Below, piece by piece: positions 20,020 to 30,600 of a DNA stretch of 64,000 bases. The notes beneath the pieces were generated by a model. It had not been told where the DNA came from, did no database searches, and saw nothing but the letters and a program-made list of their open reading frames with translations. A program made the translations under genes and the position numbers. The stretch is taken from NCBI GenBank assembly GCA_033764015.1, contig JANRJK010000019.1:41940-105939 (forward strand), written 5' to 3'. The stretch's first letter is position 1. Each line of letters begins with the position of its first letter. The stretch comes from Candidatus Sumerlaeia bacterium. GTDB lineage: Bacteria; Sumerlaeota; Sumerlaeia; SLMS01; JANRJK01.

Positions 20020-20550
20020 TTAGATCGCTTCCACTTCGAGCACGTTCAAATCCACCGGGGTCGCGCGGCCGAAGATCGACACCATGACGCGGAGCCGCGC
20101 CTTGTCCACGTCGATCTCCTCGACAGTCCCCTGGAAGTTCGCGAACGCGCCCTCGATCACCTTCACCTTGTCGCCCTTGCGGAAACGGATCTCCGCCTTC
20201 GGCTTGTCCTTCTTGTCCTCGATCAGCCCCAGCACATTCCCGATCTCCTCTTCCGAGAGGGCCACCGGGGTGTCGCCGGTGCCGGCGAAGCTCGACACGC
20301 CGCCGACTTCCCGCACCATCTTGAACACCTCCCCATCCGATTCCATCTGGATGAAGACGTATCCGGGCATAAAGTTGCGGCTCGACTCCTTCTTCTTGCC
20401 GTCCTTGACCTCGACGACCTTCTCCTCCGGCACGACGATCTGACCGATCTTATCGCGCAGGCCCTCGATCGAAGCGCGATGTTCGATGTCGCGCTTCACC
20501 TTCTTCTCGAAGCTGGAGTAGGTATGCACCGCATACCATTGCATGGACAT
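20020..20550 (-). CDS. nusG: Transcription termination/antitermination factor NusG
   Basis: WYAVHTYS..EKKVK, PGYVFIQM, KOW motif GDKVKVIEGAFANF and VSIFGRATPV. Confidence 0.97.
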   Translation of the reverse strand: MSMQWYAVHTYSSFEKKVKRDIEHRASIEGLRDKIGQIVVPEEKVVEVKDGKKKESSRNFMPGYVFIQMESDGEVFKMVREVGGVSSFAGTGDTPVALSEEEIGNVLGLIEDKKDKPKAEIRFRKGDKVKVIEGAFANFQGTVEEIDVDKARLRVMVSIFGRATPVDLNVLEVEAI

Positions 20551-20682
20551 CGGAGTCTCCTGTCCGCGTCGTGGGGTGGCCGTTCCGCAACCCGCGCCTC
20601 GCCGGGCGCGCGCGTCACTCAAAGCCGTTCAGGGATGCCGTGGGCGGGGTGCCGCCGAGGCGCAGGCGGGCCGGAGCCCTCC

Positions 20683-20919
20683 TTAGCCGATCAGCGACAA
20701 GATGAGCTGGACCAGCTCCGAAAGCCCCTTGTCCAGCGAGAAGAACACGACCGAGGCGACCGCCGTGGAAACCAGCACCAGCGACGTGTACGCCTTGACC
20801 TGCTCCTTCGTGGGCCAGGTGACCTTCGTCATCTCGACCTTCACCTCGCGGAAATAGTTTCCCGTCGAGGCGAGGAAGCCGTTGAACCCTTTTGGCTTGG
20901 TGGCTGCAGCTTCAGCCAT
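20683..20919 (-). CDS. secE: Preprotein translocase subunit SecE
   Basis: EVKVEMTKVTWPTKE followed by a TM helix, located between tRNA-Trp and nusG. Confidence 0.93.
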   Translation of the reverse strand: MAEAAATKPKGFNGFLASTGNYFREVKVEMTKVTWPTKEQVKAYTSLVLVSTAVASVVFFSLDKGLSELVQLILSLIG

Positions 20920-20990
20920 CCGCAACTCCTTGGTTCTCCTGCGAGACGCGGGGCCGTGGCCCGGGTGCGACCGCAGTGTGGCGATTCGTT

Positions 20991-21066
20991 TGGCAGGGGC
21001 AGAGGGAATCGAACCCCCAACCTACGGTTTTGGAGACCGGCGCTCTACCAATTGAGCTATGCCCCT
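20991..21066 (-). tRNA. tRNA-Trp (CCA)
   Basis: AGGGGCATAGCTCAATTGGTAGAGCGCCGGTCTCCAAAACCGTAGGTTGGGGGTTCGATTCCCTCTGCCCCTGCCA forms a cloverleaf with anticodon CCA and an encoded 3' CCA. Confidence 0.97.
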
Positions 21067-21210
21067 ACCGCCGAGCCGAGCGGTAACCGCCCGGCAAGCG
21101 CGGCAGTGAGCCCCACCCCCACGCCCCCGCGCAAGCCTTTTTTGCGCAACCACGACACCGGCGCGCGCCGTTCTCCACCCGCAAGGAAACTATCCGGCGT
21201 CCAACGAATG

Positions 21211-21224
21211 TTTGGCTAGCCAAT
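21211..21224. promoter_or_regulatory. Candidate DtxR/MntR-family metal-regulator operator upstream of feo
   Basis: Perfect 12-bp palindrome TTGGCTAGCCAA about 50 nt before feoA, similar to TTAGGNTANCCTAA-type boxes. Confidence 0.45.
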
Positions 21225-21271
21225 AATCCGCTTGCAACCCCAGCCGCCGCAGCCCCTAGAGTCCCCACATC

Positions 21272-21523
21272 ATGACCGACACCGACGCCATCCGCCCGCT
21301 CGCCGCCCTCCGCCCCAACGAAGAGGCCCTCATCGTCGAGGTCGCCCACGCGCGCGGCTGCGGACGCCGCCTCTGCGAACTCGGCCTCTGCCCCGGCATG
21401 GTCGTCCGGATGCTCGCCCCTGGCCGCACCTGCCTCCTGCGCGCCGGCGGCGCCAGCCTCTCCATCCGCGCCGAGGAACTCGACGCGATCCTCGTCGAGC
21501 GCCTGCTCCCCGCCGCGTCGTGA
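21272..21523 (+). CDS. feoA: Ferrous iron transport protein A
   Basis: RRLCELGLCPGMVVRM FeoA SH3-like motif. Confidence 0.85.
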   Translation: MTDTDAIRPLAALRPNEEALIVEVAHARGCGRRLCELGLCPGMVVRMLAPGRTCLLRAGGASLSIRAEELDAILVERLLPAAS

Positions 21524-21756
21524 CGCTCGCGCTCGACAAGCTCAAGCCCGGACAGACCGCGACCGTTCTCGAAGTAGGTGGCGAGCCCGTCCTCGCGCAG
21601 CGCCTCATGGCCCTCGGCCTCGTCGAAGGCGCCAACGTCGAGTTCCTCCGCACCGCCCCCCTGGGCGACCCCATCGAAATCCGAGTGGACGGCGCAATCG
21701 CGCTGTCGCTCCGCGCCGCCGACGCGCGCGCCGTCTCCGTTTCGCCCAACCCCTGA
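21520..21756 (+). CDS. feoA: Ferrous iron transport protein A (second copy)
   Basis: GTGA start/stop overlap, QRLMALGLVEG and APLGDPIEIRV..LSLR. Confidence 0.92.
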   Translation: MTLALDKLKPGQTATVLEVGGEPVLAQRLMALGLVEGANVEFLRTAPLGDPIEIRVDGAIALSLRAADARAVSVSPNP

Positions 21757-21768
21757 TCCGGACCGCCC

Positions 21769-23961
21769 ATGGCAGCCACCGCGACCCGAGACCGGCGCAT
21801 CGCGCTGATCGGCAATCCGAACACCGGAAAGACGACGCTCTTCAACGCCCTCACCGGCCACCGCGCCCGCGTGGGCAACTACTCGGGCGTCACTGTTGAG
21901 AAGCGCGAGGGGCTCCTTAAGGCCGCCGCGGCCCCCACAACCCTCGTCGACCTTCCCGGCACCTACAGCCTCGCCGCCGCCTCGCCCGACGAGATGCTCG
22001 CCGTCAACCTGCTCCTCGGCCTCCAGGAAGGGGAGGAGCGCCCCGACGGCCTGGTCGTCGTGGTCGACTCCACCAACCTCGAACGCAACCTCTTCCTCGC
22101 GCTGCAGCTCCTCGAGGCGGGACTCCCCACCGTCGTCGCGCTCAACATGGCGGACGCCGCGCGCGAGCAGGGCCGCCTCGTGGACGCCGCCGCGCTCGCG
22201 CAACGGCTCGGCGCCCCCTGCCTCGCCGTCAGCGCGCGCACCGGCGACGGATTGCCGGAGCTCGCCAAGGCCCTCGACGCCCTCGGCGGCGCGCCGCCCG
22301 CGCCGCCGCAGTGCTTCCCCGCCGAGTTCGAACGCGCGGCCGCGGAACTCGCCGCCGCGGTCGACCCCGCCTCCGCGCCCGGCACCGGCTTCCTCGTCCG
22401 CCGCGCGCTGCTCGAAGCCGAGGGCATGGCGGAGCGCGAACTCGCCGAACTCTTCCCCGGCTCGCCGGAGCGCGTCGCCGCCGCCCGCTCGGCGCTCGAA
22501 GCCGCCGGCCTGAAGCCGCGCTCCCTCGAAGCCACCTCCCGCTACCGGTGGATCCGCGAGCACGTCGCGCCCCTGCTTCCGAAGGCCCCCTCCGCACCCC
22601 GCGACGCGCTGACGGACCGCGTGGACGCCATCCTCACGCACAAGGTCTTCGGCACCGCCATCTTCCTCGTCCTGATGGCCGTCGTCTTCCAGTCGATCTA
22701 CTCCTGGAGCGGCCCGTTGATGGACCTCATCGACGCCGCCTTCGGAGCGCTCGGAGGCTGGGCTTCGGAGGCGCTGCCCGAGGGCCCGATGCGGAGCCTC
22801 GTCGCAGACGGCATCCTCGCCGGCGTGGGGGGCGTCCTCATCTTCCTCCCGCAGATCTGCATCCTCTTCCTCTTCATCTCGCTCCTCGAGGACATCGGCT
22901 ACATGAGCCGCGCCGCGTTCCTGATGGACCGCGTGCTGTCGCGCTGCGGCCTCAGCGGCCGCAGCTTCATCCCGATGCTCTCCAGCTTCGCCTGCGCGAT
23001 CCCCGGCGTCATGGCGGCGCGCACCATCGAAGACCCGCGGGACCGCCTCGCCACGATCCTTGTGGCGCCGCTCATGAGCTGCTCGGCGCGCCTCCCCGTG
23101 TACACGCTGCTCATCGGCGCCTTCGTCCCGGACCGGCCGGTTCTCGGAGTGCTCAACCTTCAAGGACTCACGCTTCTCGCGATGTACCTCGTCGGGGTCG
23201 TGGTCGCGATCCCGGTCGCGCTGCTGCTCAAGCGCACGATCCTGAAGGGCAAGACACCCACCTTCCTCATCGAGCTTCCGCCCTACCGCCGCCCCCTCGT
23301 CGGCAACCTCCTGCACCGCGTCATCGAGCGTGGACAGGTCTTCGTCGTGAAGGCCGGCACCGTCATCATGGCCGCGTCGATCATCATCTGGGGCCTCAGC
23401 TACTACCCCCGGTCCCTCGACGTGGACCTCGTTTACGACACCAAGGCGCTCGGTGCCGAAATGCGGCTCGCCTCGGCCGAGGCCGGCGCGCTGGAGGCGG
23501 CGCTCGCAGAGGTGGAGGCGGAGCGCGAGGGCGCCCACCTGCGCAACTCCTTCCTCGGGCGCTTCGGCCGGGTCATCGAACCGGCGGTCGAGCCCCTCGG
23601 CTGGGATTGGCGCATCGGCATGGCGGCCATCGCGAGCTTCCCCGCGCGCGAGGTGATCGTCGCCACGCTCGGCGTCATCTTCGATCTCGGGGCGGAGAGC
23701 GCCGACGACGAGGCCTCCCTAGCGCAGAAGCTCGCCGCCGCCACGCGCGAGGACACCGGCGAGCCGCTCTTCAACCTCCCCGTCGCGCTGTCGATCATGG
23801 TCTTCTTCGCGCTCTGCATGCAGTGCGTCTCGACGCTCGCCATCATGCGCCGGGAAACCAACGGCTGGAAATGGCCCGCCTTCGCCTTCGGCTACATGAC
23901 CACCCTCGCCTACCTCGGCGCGTTCGCCGCCTACCAGATCGCTTCGGCGCTGCTGGCATGA
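21769..23961 (+). CDS. feoB: Ferrous iron transporter FeoB
   Basis: GNPNTGKTT, VGNYSGVTVE, DLPGTY, LNMAD, LEDIGYMSRAAFLMDR and FLIELPPY. Confidence 0.97.
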   Translation: MAATATRDRRIALIGNPNTGKTTLFNALTGHRARVGNYSGVTVEKREGLLKAAAAPTTLVDLPGTYSLAAASPDEMLAVNLLLGLQEGEERPDGLVVVVDSTNLERNLFLALQLLEAGLPTVVALNMADAAREQGRLVDAAALAQRLGAPCLAVSARTGDGLPELAKALDALGGAPPAPPQCFPAEFERAAAELAAAVDPASAPGTGFLVRRALLEAEGMAERELAELFPGSPERVAAARSALEAAGLKPRSLEATSRYRWIREHVAPLLPKAPSAPRDALTDRVDAILTHKVFGTAIFLVLMAVVFQSIYSWSGPLMDLIDAAFGALGGWASEALPEGPMRSLVADGILAGVGGVLIFLPQICILFLFISLLEDIGYMSRAAFLMDRVLSRCGLSGRSFIPMLSSFACAIPGVMAARTIEDPRDRLATILVAPLMSCSARLPVYTLLIGAFVPDRPVLGVLNLQGLTLLAMYLVGVVVAIPVALLLKRTILKGKTPTFLIELPPYRRPLVGNLLHRVIERGQVFVVKAGTVIMAASIIIWGLSYYPRSLDVDLVYDTKALGAEMRLASAEAGALEAALAEVEAEREGAHLRNSFLGRFGRVIEPAVEPLGWDWRIGMAAIASFPAREVIVATLGVIFDLGAESADDEASLAQKLAAATREDTGEPLFNLPVALSIMVFFALCMQCVSTLAIMRRETNGWKWPAFAFGYMTTLAYLGAFAAYQIASALLA

Positions 23962-24419
23962 GGATCCTCGTCCAGCGCGTCGCCAGGGCGAAGGTCGAGG
24001 TGGGGGAGCGGACCACCGGGGCCATCGGCCCGGGGCTGCTGCTCCTTGTCGGCTTCGGCGCCGGCGACACGGAGCGGCTGATCCGCCCCGCGGCCGAGAA
24101 GGTGCTGAACCTGCGCATCTTCCCCGACGACGCCGGGAACATGAACCGGAGCCTCCTCGAAACCGGCGGCGGCGTGCTGGTCGTCTCGCAGTTCACGCTC
24201 TACGCCGACGCGCGCAAGGGCCGCCGCCCCTCCTTCACCGGCGCCTTGGCGCCCGCCGATGCCTCCCGCCTGTGCGACGCCTTCATCGCCACGCTCCGCC
24301 AGCTCCACCCCGGCGGCGACATCGAGACCGGGGAGTTCGGCGCGATGATGGAGGTGTCGCTGGTCAACTCCGGGCCGGTGACGATCTGGCTCGATTCGGC
24401 GGAGATGGGCTGGGCTTAG
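23958..24419 (+). CDS. dtd: D-aminoacyl-tRNA deacylase
   Basis: MRILVQRV, NLRIF, SQFTLYAD..KGRRPSF and NSGPVT. ATGA overlap with feoB. Confidence 0.96.
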   Translation: MRILVQRVARAKVEVGERTTGAIGPGLLLLVGFGAGDTERLIRPAAEKVLNLRIFPDDAGNMNRSLLETGGGVLVVSQFTLYADARKGRRPSFTGALAPADASRLCDAFIATLRQLHPGGDIETGEFGAMMEVSLVNSGPVTIWLDSAEMGWA

Positions 24420-24660
24420 GGAGAAGTCGGCGCTGGTTTGTCGACACAGCCTGTCGATTCCCGCCTCCCGGGGCTATCCGATGAATACAAGCGTATATTT
24501 CAGAGTACTCTATACTAAATAGACTAATCACGTGGGACAAATCCGCTTTTTTCGTCCCGGAGCCCGGTCATGGTTGACGCCTGCCGGGGTAAACGGTTTC
24601 CTTACATGCTCACTACCGGCGGGGCGGCCGCCCCTCCATGCCTGCAAGGAGGCTTCCTAC

Positions 24661-27600
24661 GTGAACTTCGACCATCGGCGCCCGCCCGGGCGCGTCTCGG
24701 GACTGTCCGCGCTCGCCATCGCGCTCGCCGCGCTTGGCGTGCTGACGGCTCCCGTCGCCGCTCCCGCGCAAGGCCAGGTGAACCGCGCACCCAAGGTGAC
24801 GTGGCACTGGCACCAGCATCAACCGATCTACTGGAACGACAAGACCCGCTCTTCCGCGGACGACCGCTACGAGACCGCCTGGGAGTCGATCCAACAGAAG
24901 GACGGCGGCAATGCCCACCCCTCGAACAATCTGCGCGAGATCTTCGGCAAGGACGACCGCGTCGCGGCCTACCAGTGGCGCATGCGCGACTCCCTCGGCA
25001 GCATCGGGAGCCACCTCAACTCCGGCGTCACTGTCACCTACTCCGGCGCCCTCATGGAGAACATCAAGAGCCTCGGCAACGCCAACCAGCTAGGCTACTC
25101 GGGCGGTTGGAAGAACCCGATCCTCGAGGCGATCAACTGGCGCACCACCGGCGGCGCGCGCCGCATGGACATCACCAACTTCACTCACCACCACTCGCTG
25201 ACCGGCCTACAGGACCCGGTCACGATCGCGATGGAGATCCGCCTCAACCAGGAAATGCAGATGCAGACCCTGGGCCTCTCCATGAACGACCTCTCCGACG
25301 GCTTCTTCCCGACGGAGCTGACGTTCTCGACGCGCCTGATCCCGACGCTGCTGGACGCGGGCATCGAGTGGACCTACGTCTCGGGCGAGAAAATCGCGCG
25401 TGCCATGCCCGACTTCCCGCTCGTCCTCGGGTCCGGCGGCGTCATGTGCGCACCGCCCAACCGCGCCGACAAGCTCAACCCCCCGGGCGTGAATTTCCTC
25501 CGTTACTCCATCGACCGCGGCTGCTCGCCGGTGAACGCCAACCCGGCCTCCTACCAGCCGGCCTACGTCCAGTGGGTCGATCCCAACAGCCCGCTCGGCA
25601 ATCCGACGGTCCGCAAGATGGTCGCGGTCCCCATCGACCAGGCGTGGAGCTGGAACGACGGCTACCGCTGCATCGGCTCCTCGTTCCTCGATGACATCAA
25701 CTCTCGCAACAACACCAACCAGCCTTCGCTCGTGGTGCTCGGGCACGACGGCGACAACGCGTTCGGCGGCGGCTTCTCCTACTACCTCGAATGCGTTCCG
25801 AACCTCGCCAACGACGCGCGCAACAAGGGCTACGAAGTCACCGTCGTCGAGCAGTACCTCAGCCAGTTCCCGCCCAGCACCTCGAACGTGATCCATGTCG
25901 AGGACGGCGGCTGGGTGAACGCCGATTCGGACTTCGGCTCCCCGACCTTCATCAACTGGAACTACCCGCTGCTGTCGTCGACGGGGCAGGTCGATCCGGT
26001 GAACGGCTGGCACGAGAAGATCCGAGACATGGCGATCTTCACGGCGACGCTGAACCGCGTCCTCACCGCCCAGCAGATCACCGGCCACACGCCGAACTTC
26101 GCCAAGATCCTCAACCCCGACGGCTCCACCGCCGCGGTCGACAAGGCCTGGCACTACTTCCTGGGCTCGCTCGACTCCGGCAACGTGTACTTCGGGCCCG
26201 CCGAGGACCTCGAAGTGAAGGCCACGTTGGGCTGCAACGAAGCGAACCAGCGCATCGACTCGATCCTCTCGAACCTGTCGAACGACCTCACGCCCCCTTC
26301 CATCCTCCTGCCGCAGCGCTTCCCGTACAACCCGGGCGGCGAGAACTACGGCGTCGAGTTCGGCTACCGCCGCGTCGTCGACGACGGCGACTTCCACATC
26401 TACACGTTCGCCGCCGACGCCTCCGGCGTGGCCTCCTCGACGCTGAAGTACCGCATCGACACCGACGGCGCGAACCCCCTCACGTCGCACGTGAACGAGC
26501 TGTACGCGGACGGCAGCTCCACCGGCGAGGTCGGCGCCTGGCAGTCGCTGGCGATGACCAAGCGCGTCTTCCCGAAGGGCCTCCCCGCGGGTTACACCAA
26601 CGGCGCGATCAACTTCTTCGAGCTACCCACCCACATCGCCGACCACTTCTCGGTGCCGGTGAACGGCCTCCGCGACGTGCTGATCGACTACTACGTCGAA
26701 TCGGTCGACACGCGCGGCAACGTCAGCCGCTCGCCAATCCAGCACGTGTACATCGGCGACGGTTCCGGCTCCGGCGGCGGCGACACCACCGTCACCATCG
26801 CCCCCAACCCGCCGGTCCGCGGCGAATCCGCCACGATCACCTACAACGCCACCGGCCGTCCGCTCGACGCCGCCGCGAACGTCTACATCCACCGCGGCCA
26901 GAACGGCTGGCAGAACGTCGTGACCCCGGACCCGCAGATGGTCCCGACCGGCACGCCGAAGCAGTTCACCCACACCTTCACGGTTCCCGACACCGCCACC
27001 GTGGTGAACGCCGTCTTCAACAACGGCACCGGAACCTGGGATAACAACAGCGGCCAGGACTGGGCCTTCAACACCATCGAAGGCTCCGACAACCCGCCCA
27101 CCGCCGCCTTCGGCGCTTCGCCCACCAACGGCGTCGCACCGCTCGCGGTCCAGTTCACCGACGCGTCGACGAACTCGCCCACCGCCTGGGAGTGGGACTT
27201 CGACAACAACGGCACGGTGGATAGCACCGAGCAGAACCCGCAGTTCACCTACACGACCGCCGGCTTCAAGACGGTCAAGCTGGTCGCCTCGAACACCTTC
27301 GGCTCCGACGAGGAGGTGAAGACGAACTTCATCAACGTCGGCGCCCCGCCCACGGACCCGAGCATCTCGCTCAACAAGGCGCAGATCACCGCGTCCTCCA
27401 TCGTCGGCAGCGACGCGACCGCGGACAGCTTCACCGTGCGCAACTCCGGCGTCGGGACGCTCAACTACACCGTCGCCACCTCGACCGCGGGCCGGCGCGG
27501 GCTCAATCCGACCCCCGCCCAAATCGCCCGCATGGTCCTGGGCCTCGACCCGGCCGACATGGCGGCGGACCTGAACAACGACGGCGTGGTCGACATGGCC

Positions 27601-30600
27601 GACGCCATCTACGACGGGCCCGCGCCGAGCTGGCTGATCGCGACCCCAACCTCCGGCAGTTCGACCGGCGAAGAGGATACCATCGCGGTCCAGTTCGACA
27701 GCGACGCGCTCGCGCCCGGCACCTACAACGGCACGATCACCGTCGCGGGCAACGCGCCGAACTCGCCGCGCACCATCGCGGTGACGCTCAACGTCGCGGA
27801 GAACATCCCCGCCACCACGACCGTGGTCCCGAACCCGCCGATCGCGGGACAGGGCGCCCGCGTCTGGTACCAGCAGGCCGGCGGCCCGCTCGCATCCTTC
27901 GGCGCCATCAACCTGCACTGGGGCATCAACGGCGGGCTTGCCGCAGGCGGCACCTGGCAGGGCGTCACAACCACCCCGATGACCAAGTCCGGCACCACCA
28001 CCATGTGGTACGCCGACATCACGATCCCGGCCAACGCCACGTCGCTCAACTTCGTGACGAACAACGCGGGCACCACCTGGGACAACAACGCGGGCGCCGA
28101 CTGGAACTTCGCCGTCACCGGCGGTGCGCCCGGCATCGTGCTCTCCACCACCACCCTCACCGCGACGGCGGTCCAGGGATCGAGCCCGTCGAGCCAGTCC
28201 TTCACGGTCCGCAACTCCGGCGGCGGCACGTTGAGCTACACGCTCACCAAGGCGAGCACTGGCAGCGGCACCGACTGGTTCGCGGTCGCGCCCGGTTCCG
28301 GCACCTCCACCGGCGAAGCCGACACGGTCACCGTCACCTACAACACCACGGCGCTCGCGCAGGGCAGCTACTCCGCCCGTATCGACGTCGCGGGCAACGC
28401 CGCGAACAGCCCGCAGTCTGTTGACGTCAACCTGACGATCACCGCTTCGATTCCCAATACGACAACCGTGGTGCCGAACCCGCCGAACGCGGGCGAGGCG
28501 GCGCGCGTCTGGTACCAGCAGGCCGGCGGCCCGCTGGCGGCCTTCAGCGCCATCAACCTCCACTGGGGCATCAACGGCGGCCCCACCGGCGGCAGCGCCT
28601 GGTCCAACGTCACGTCGACGCCCATGACCAAGTCCGGCTCCACCACCATGTGGTTCGCCGACATCACGATCCCGGCCAACGCCACGTCGCTCAACTTCGT
28701 GACGAACAACGCCGGGACCACCTGGGACAATAACAGCAACAACAACTGGAACTTCGCGGTGAACTCGGGCGACGCCGCGATCGAGCTCAGCACCAGCTCG
28801 ATCACCGCCACCGCCGCGGAGGGCGCCACGCCCTCCACGCAGACCTTCACGGTCCGCAACGCCGGCGAAGGCGTCCTCAACTGGAGCGCCTCCTTCACGC
28901 CCGATCCGCTCCGCGCCGCCCGCGGCACCGGCGGCGGCACCCGCAAGACCATCGCCATCGACGGCGTCAACACAGCCGGCGAATGGACCGACAACGAAAT
29001 CGTCGCCTCCGATCCCGCCTTCGACAACGCGAACGTCTCCGGCGGCAACTGGTCCACGCACGAAACCCAGTTCGACTACACGCAGCTCTACTCCGCCTGG
29101 GACGACCAGTTCCTCTACGTCGCCTTCCAGATCGCGGACGTGATCGACGTCGAGGACCCGGCCAACGCCGGCTCCTCGCAGGGCACCCGCCCGCACCAGA
29201 TGAACCTGATCCAGTACATCGCCATCGACACCAAGGACGGCGGCTACGGCTCCGATCCCGCGACCGGCGACATGTGGGGCAAGGGCCACGGCTTCCTCGG
29301 CGACAACCGCCCGGACTACCAGGTCTACTTCGCCTCGAACTTCTGGCAGGGCCCCTTCCTTTGCCCGTATGACAACGGATGGGACCCCGACAACGACACG
29401 ACCGGCCCGTCGCCCACGGGTCTGAGGGGCGCCTCGGCCAACCATTGGGCCGGCGGCGACATCATCGGCCCCGGCGGCAAGGACTACGTCGCCACCACCA
29501 GCCACAACGAAGGCCGCTCCAGCTTCTTCGAGGTCCGCATTCCGCTCGCCCTCATCGGCAGCCCAGACCTCGACACCGACGGCATCGGCATCTGGGTCAG
29601 CCACGGAGAAGGCGACCTCTTCTCCGGCGTCGACTCGATCCCGAACGACCCCGCCACGACGAACACGCCGGGCGTCTCGCAGTCCAACTCGCCGAACGAG
29701 TGGGAGGACTTCGACAACTACTCGGAGCCCTTCGCCGCGGTCGGCAACGGCGGCATCAACGGCGGCGGCGGTAGCTGGCTGACGCTCACCCCGACCGCCG
29801 GCACGTCCACGGGCGAAACCGATTCGGTCACGGTCTCCTTCGACACCACGGGCCTGCTCGCGGGTAGCTATGCGGGCACGGTCACCGTCACGGGCAACGC
29901 GCCCAATTCGCCGCGCACGATCCCGGTGACGCTCACCATCACCGGCGGCGGCACGCCGAACCCGCAGACGCAGCTCTCGACCAGCTCGGTCAACGCCTCC
30001 GCGCAGCAGGGCGCCACCCCCGCCAACTCGACGTTCACGGTCCGCAACAGCGGCACCGGCACGCTCAACTACACGCTCACGAAGCAGAACACCGGCGACG
30101 GCGTGGCGTGGTTCACGGTGTCGCCGACGAGCGGAACCTCGACCGGCGAGGCCGACACGATCACCGTCTCGTACAACACCACGGGCCTCGCGCCCGACAC
30201 GTACGCGGCGGCGGTGGAAGTCGCCGGCGGCAACAGCGGGCCGCAGATGCTGAGCGTCTTCCTCACCGTCACCAGCGCTCCGACCCAGCCCACCATCGTC
30301 ATCGGTCCGGGCCCGAGCCTCGGCACCAACGTCGAGGGCACCTCCTACAACCAGGAGTTCCAGGACTGGACCGCCGCCGACGTCCGCGGCCTCGACACGA
30401 ACGACGCCGCCGCCCTCGGCGACGGCTATGACGGCTCGCGCGACATCTCGGCGTTCTACAGCCGCTTCCAGGGCGACAACCTGATGCTGCGCGTCGACCT
30501 GCTCGAACTCGGCATCTTCGCCGAGAACGGCAACGTCGACGTGTACGTCCTGATCGACTGCGCCGCCGGCGGCACCAGCAGCTACCCGAACGGCATTTCG

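Noticed and set aside
20991..21066. tRNA-Trp as an integration site
   Set aside because: No duplicated tRNA 3' end or integrase was seen, and it sits in its normal place before secE.
24481..24550. AT-rich patch with AGAGTACTCT palindrome as an ncRNA or mobile-element end
   Set aside because: It is best explained as the promoter/operator region of the giant glycosidase gene, and no specific regulator can be assigned.
24532..24660. Longer N-termini given by the ORF track (also for S8, kinase, sdhC, atpD, atpC, dtd, TPM and helicase genes)
   Set aside because: Downstream starts fit the RBS, signal peptide or family N-terminus better.
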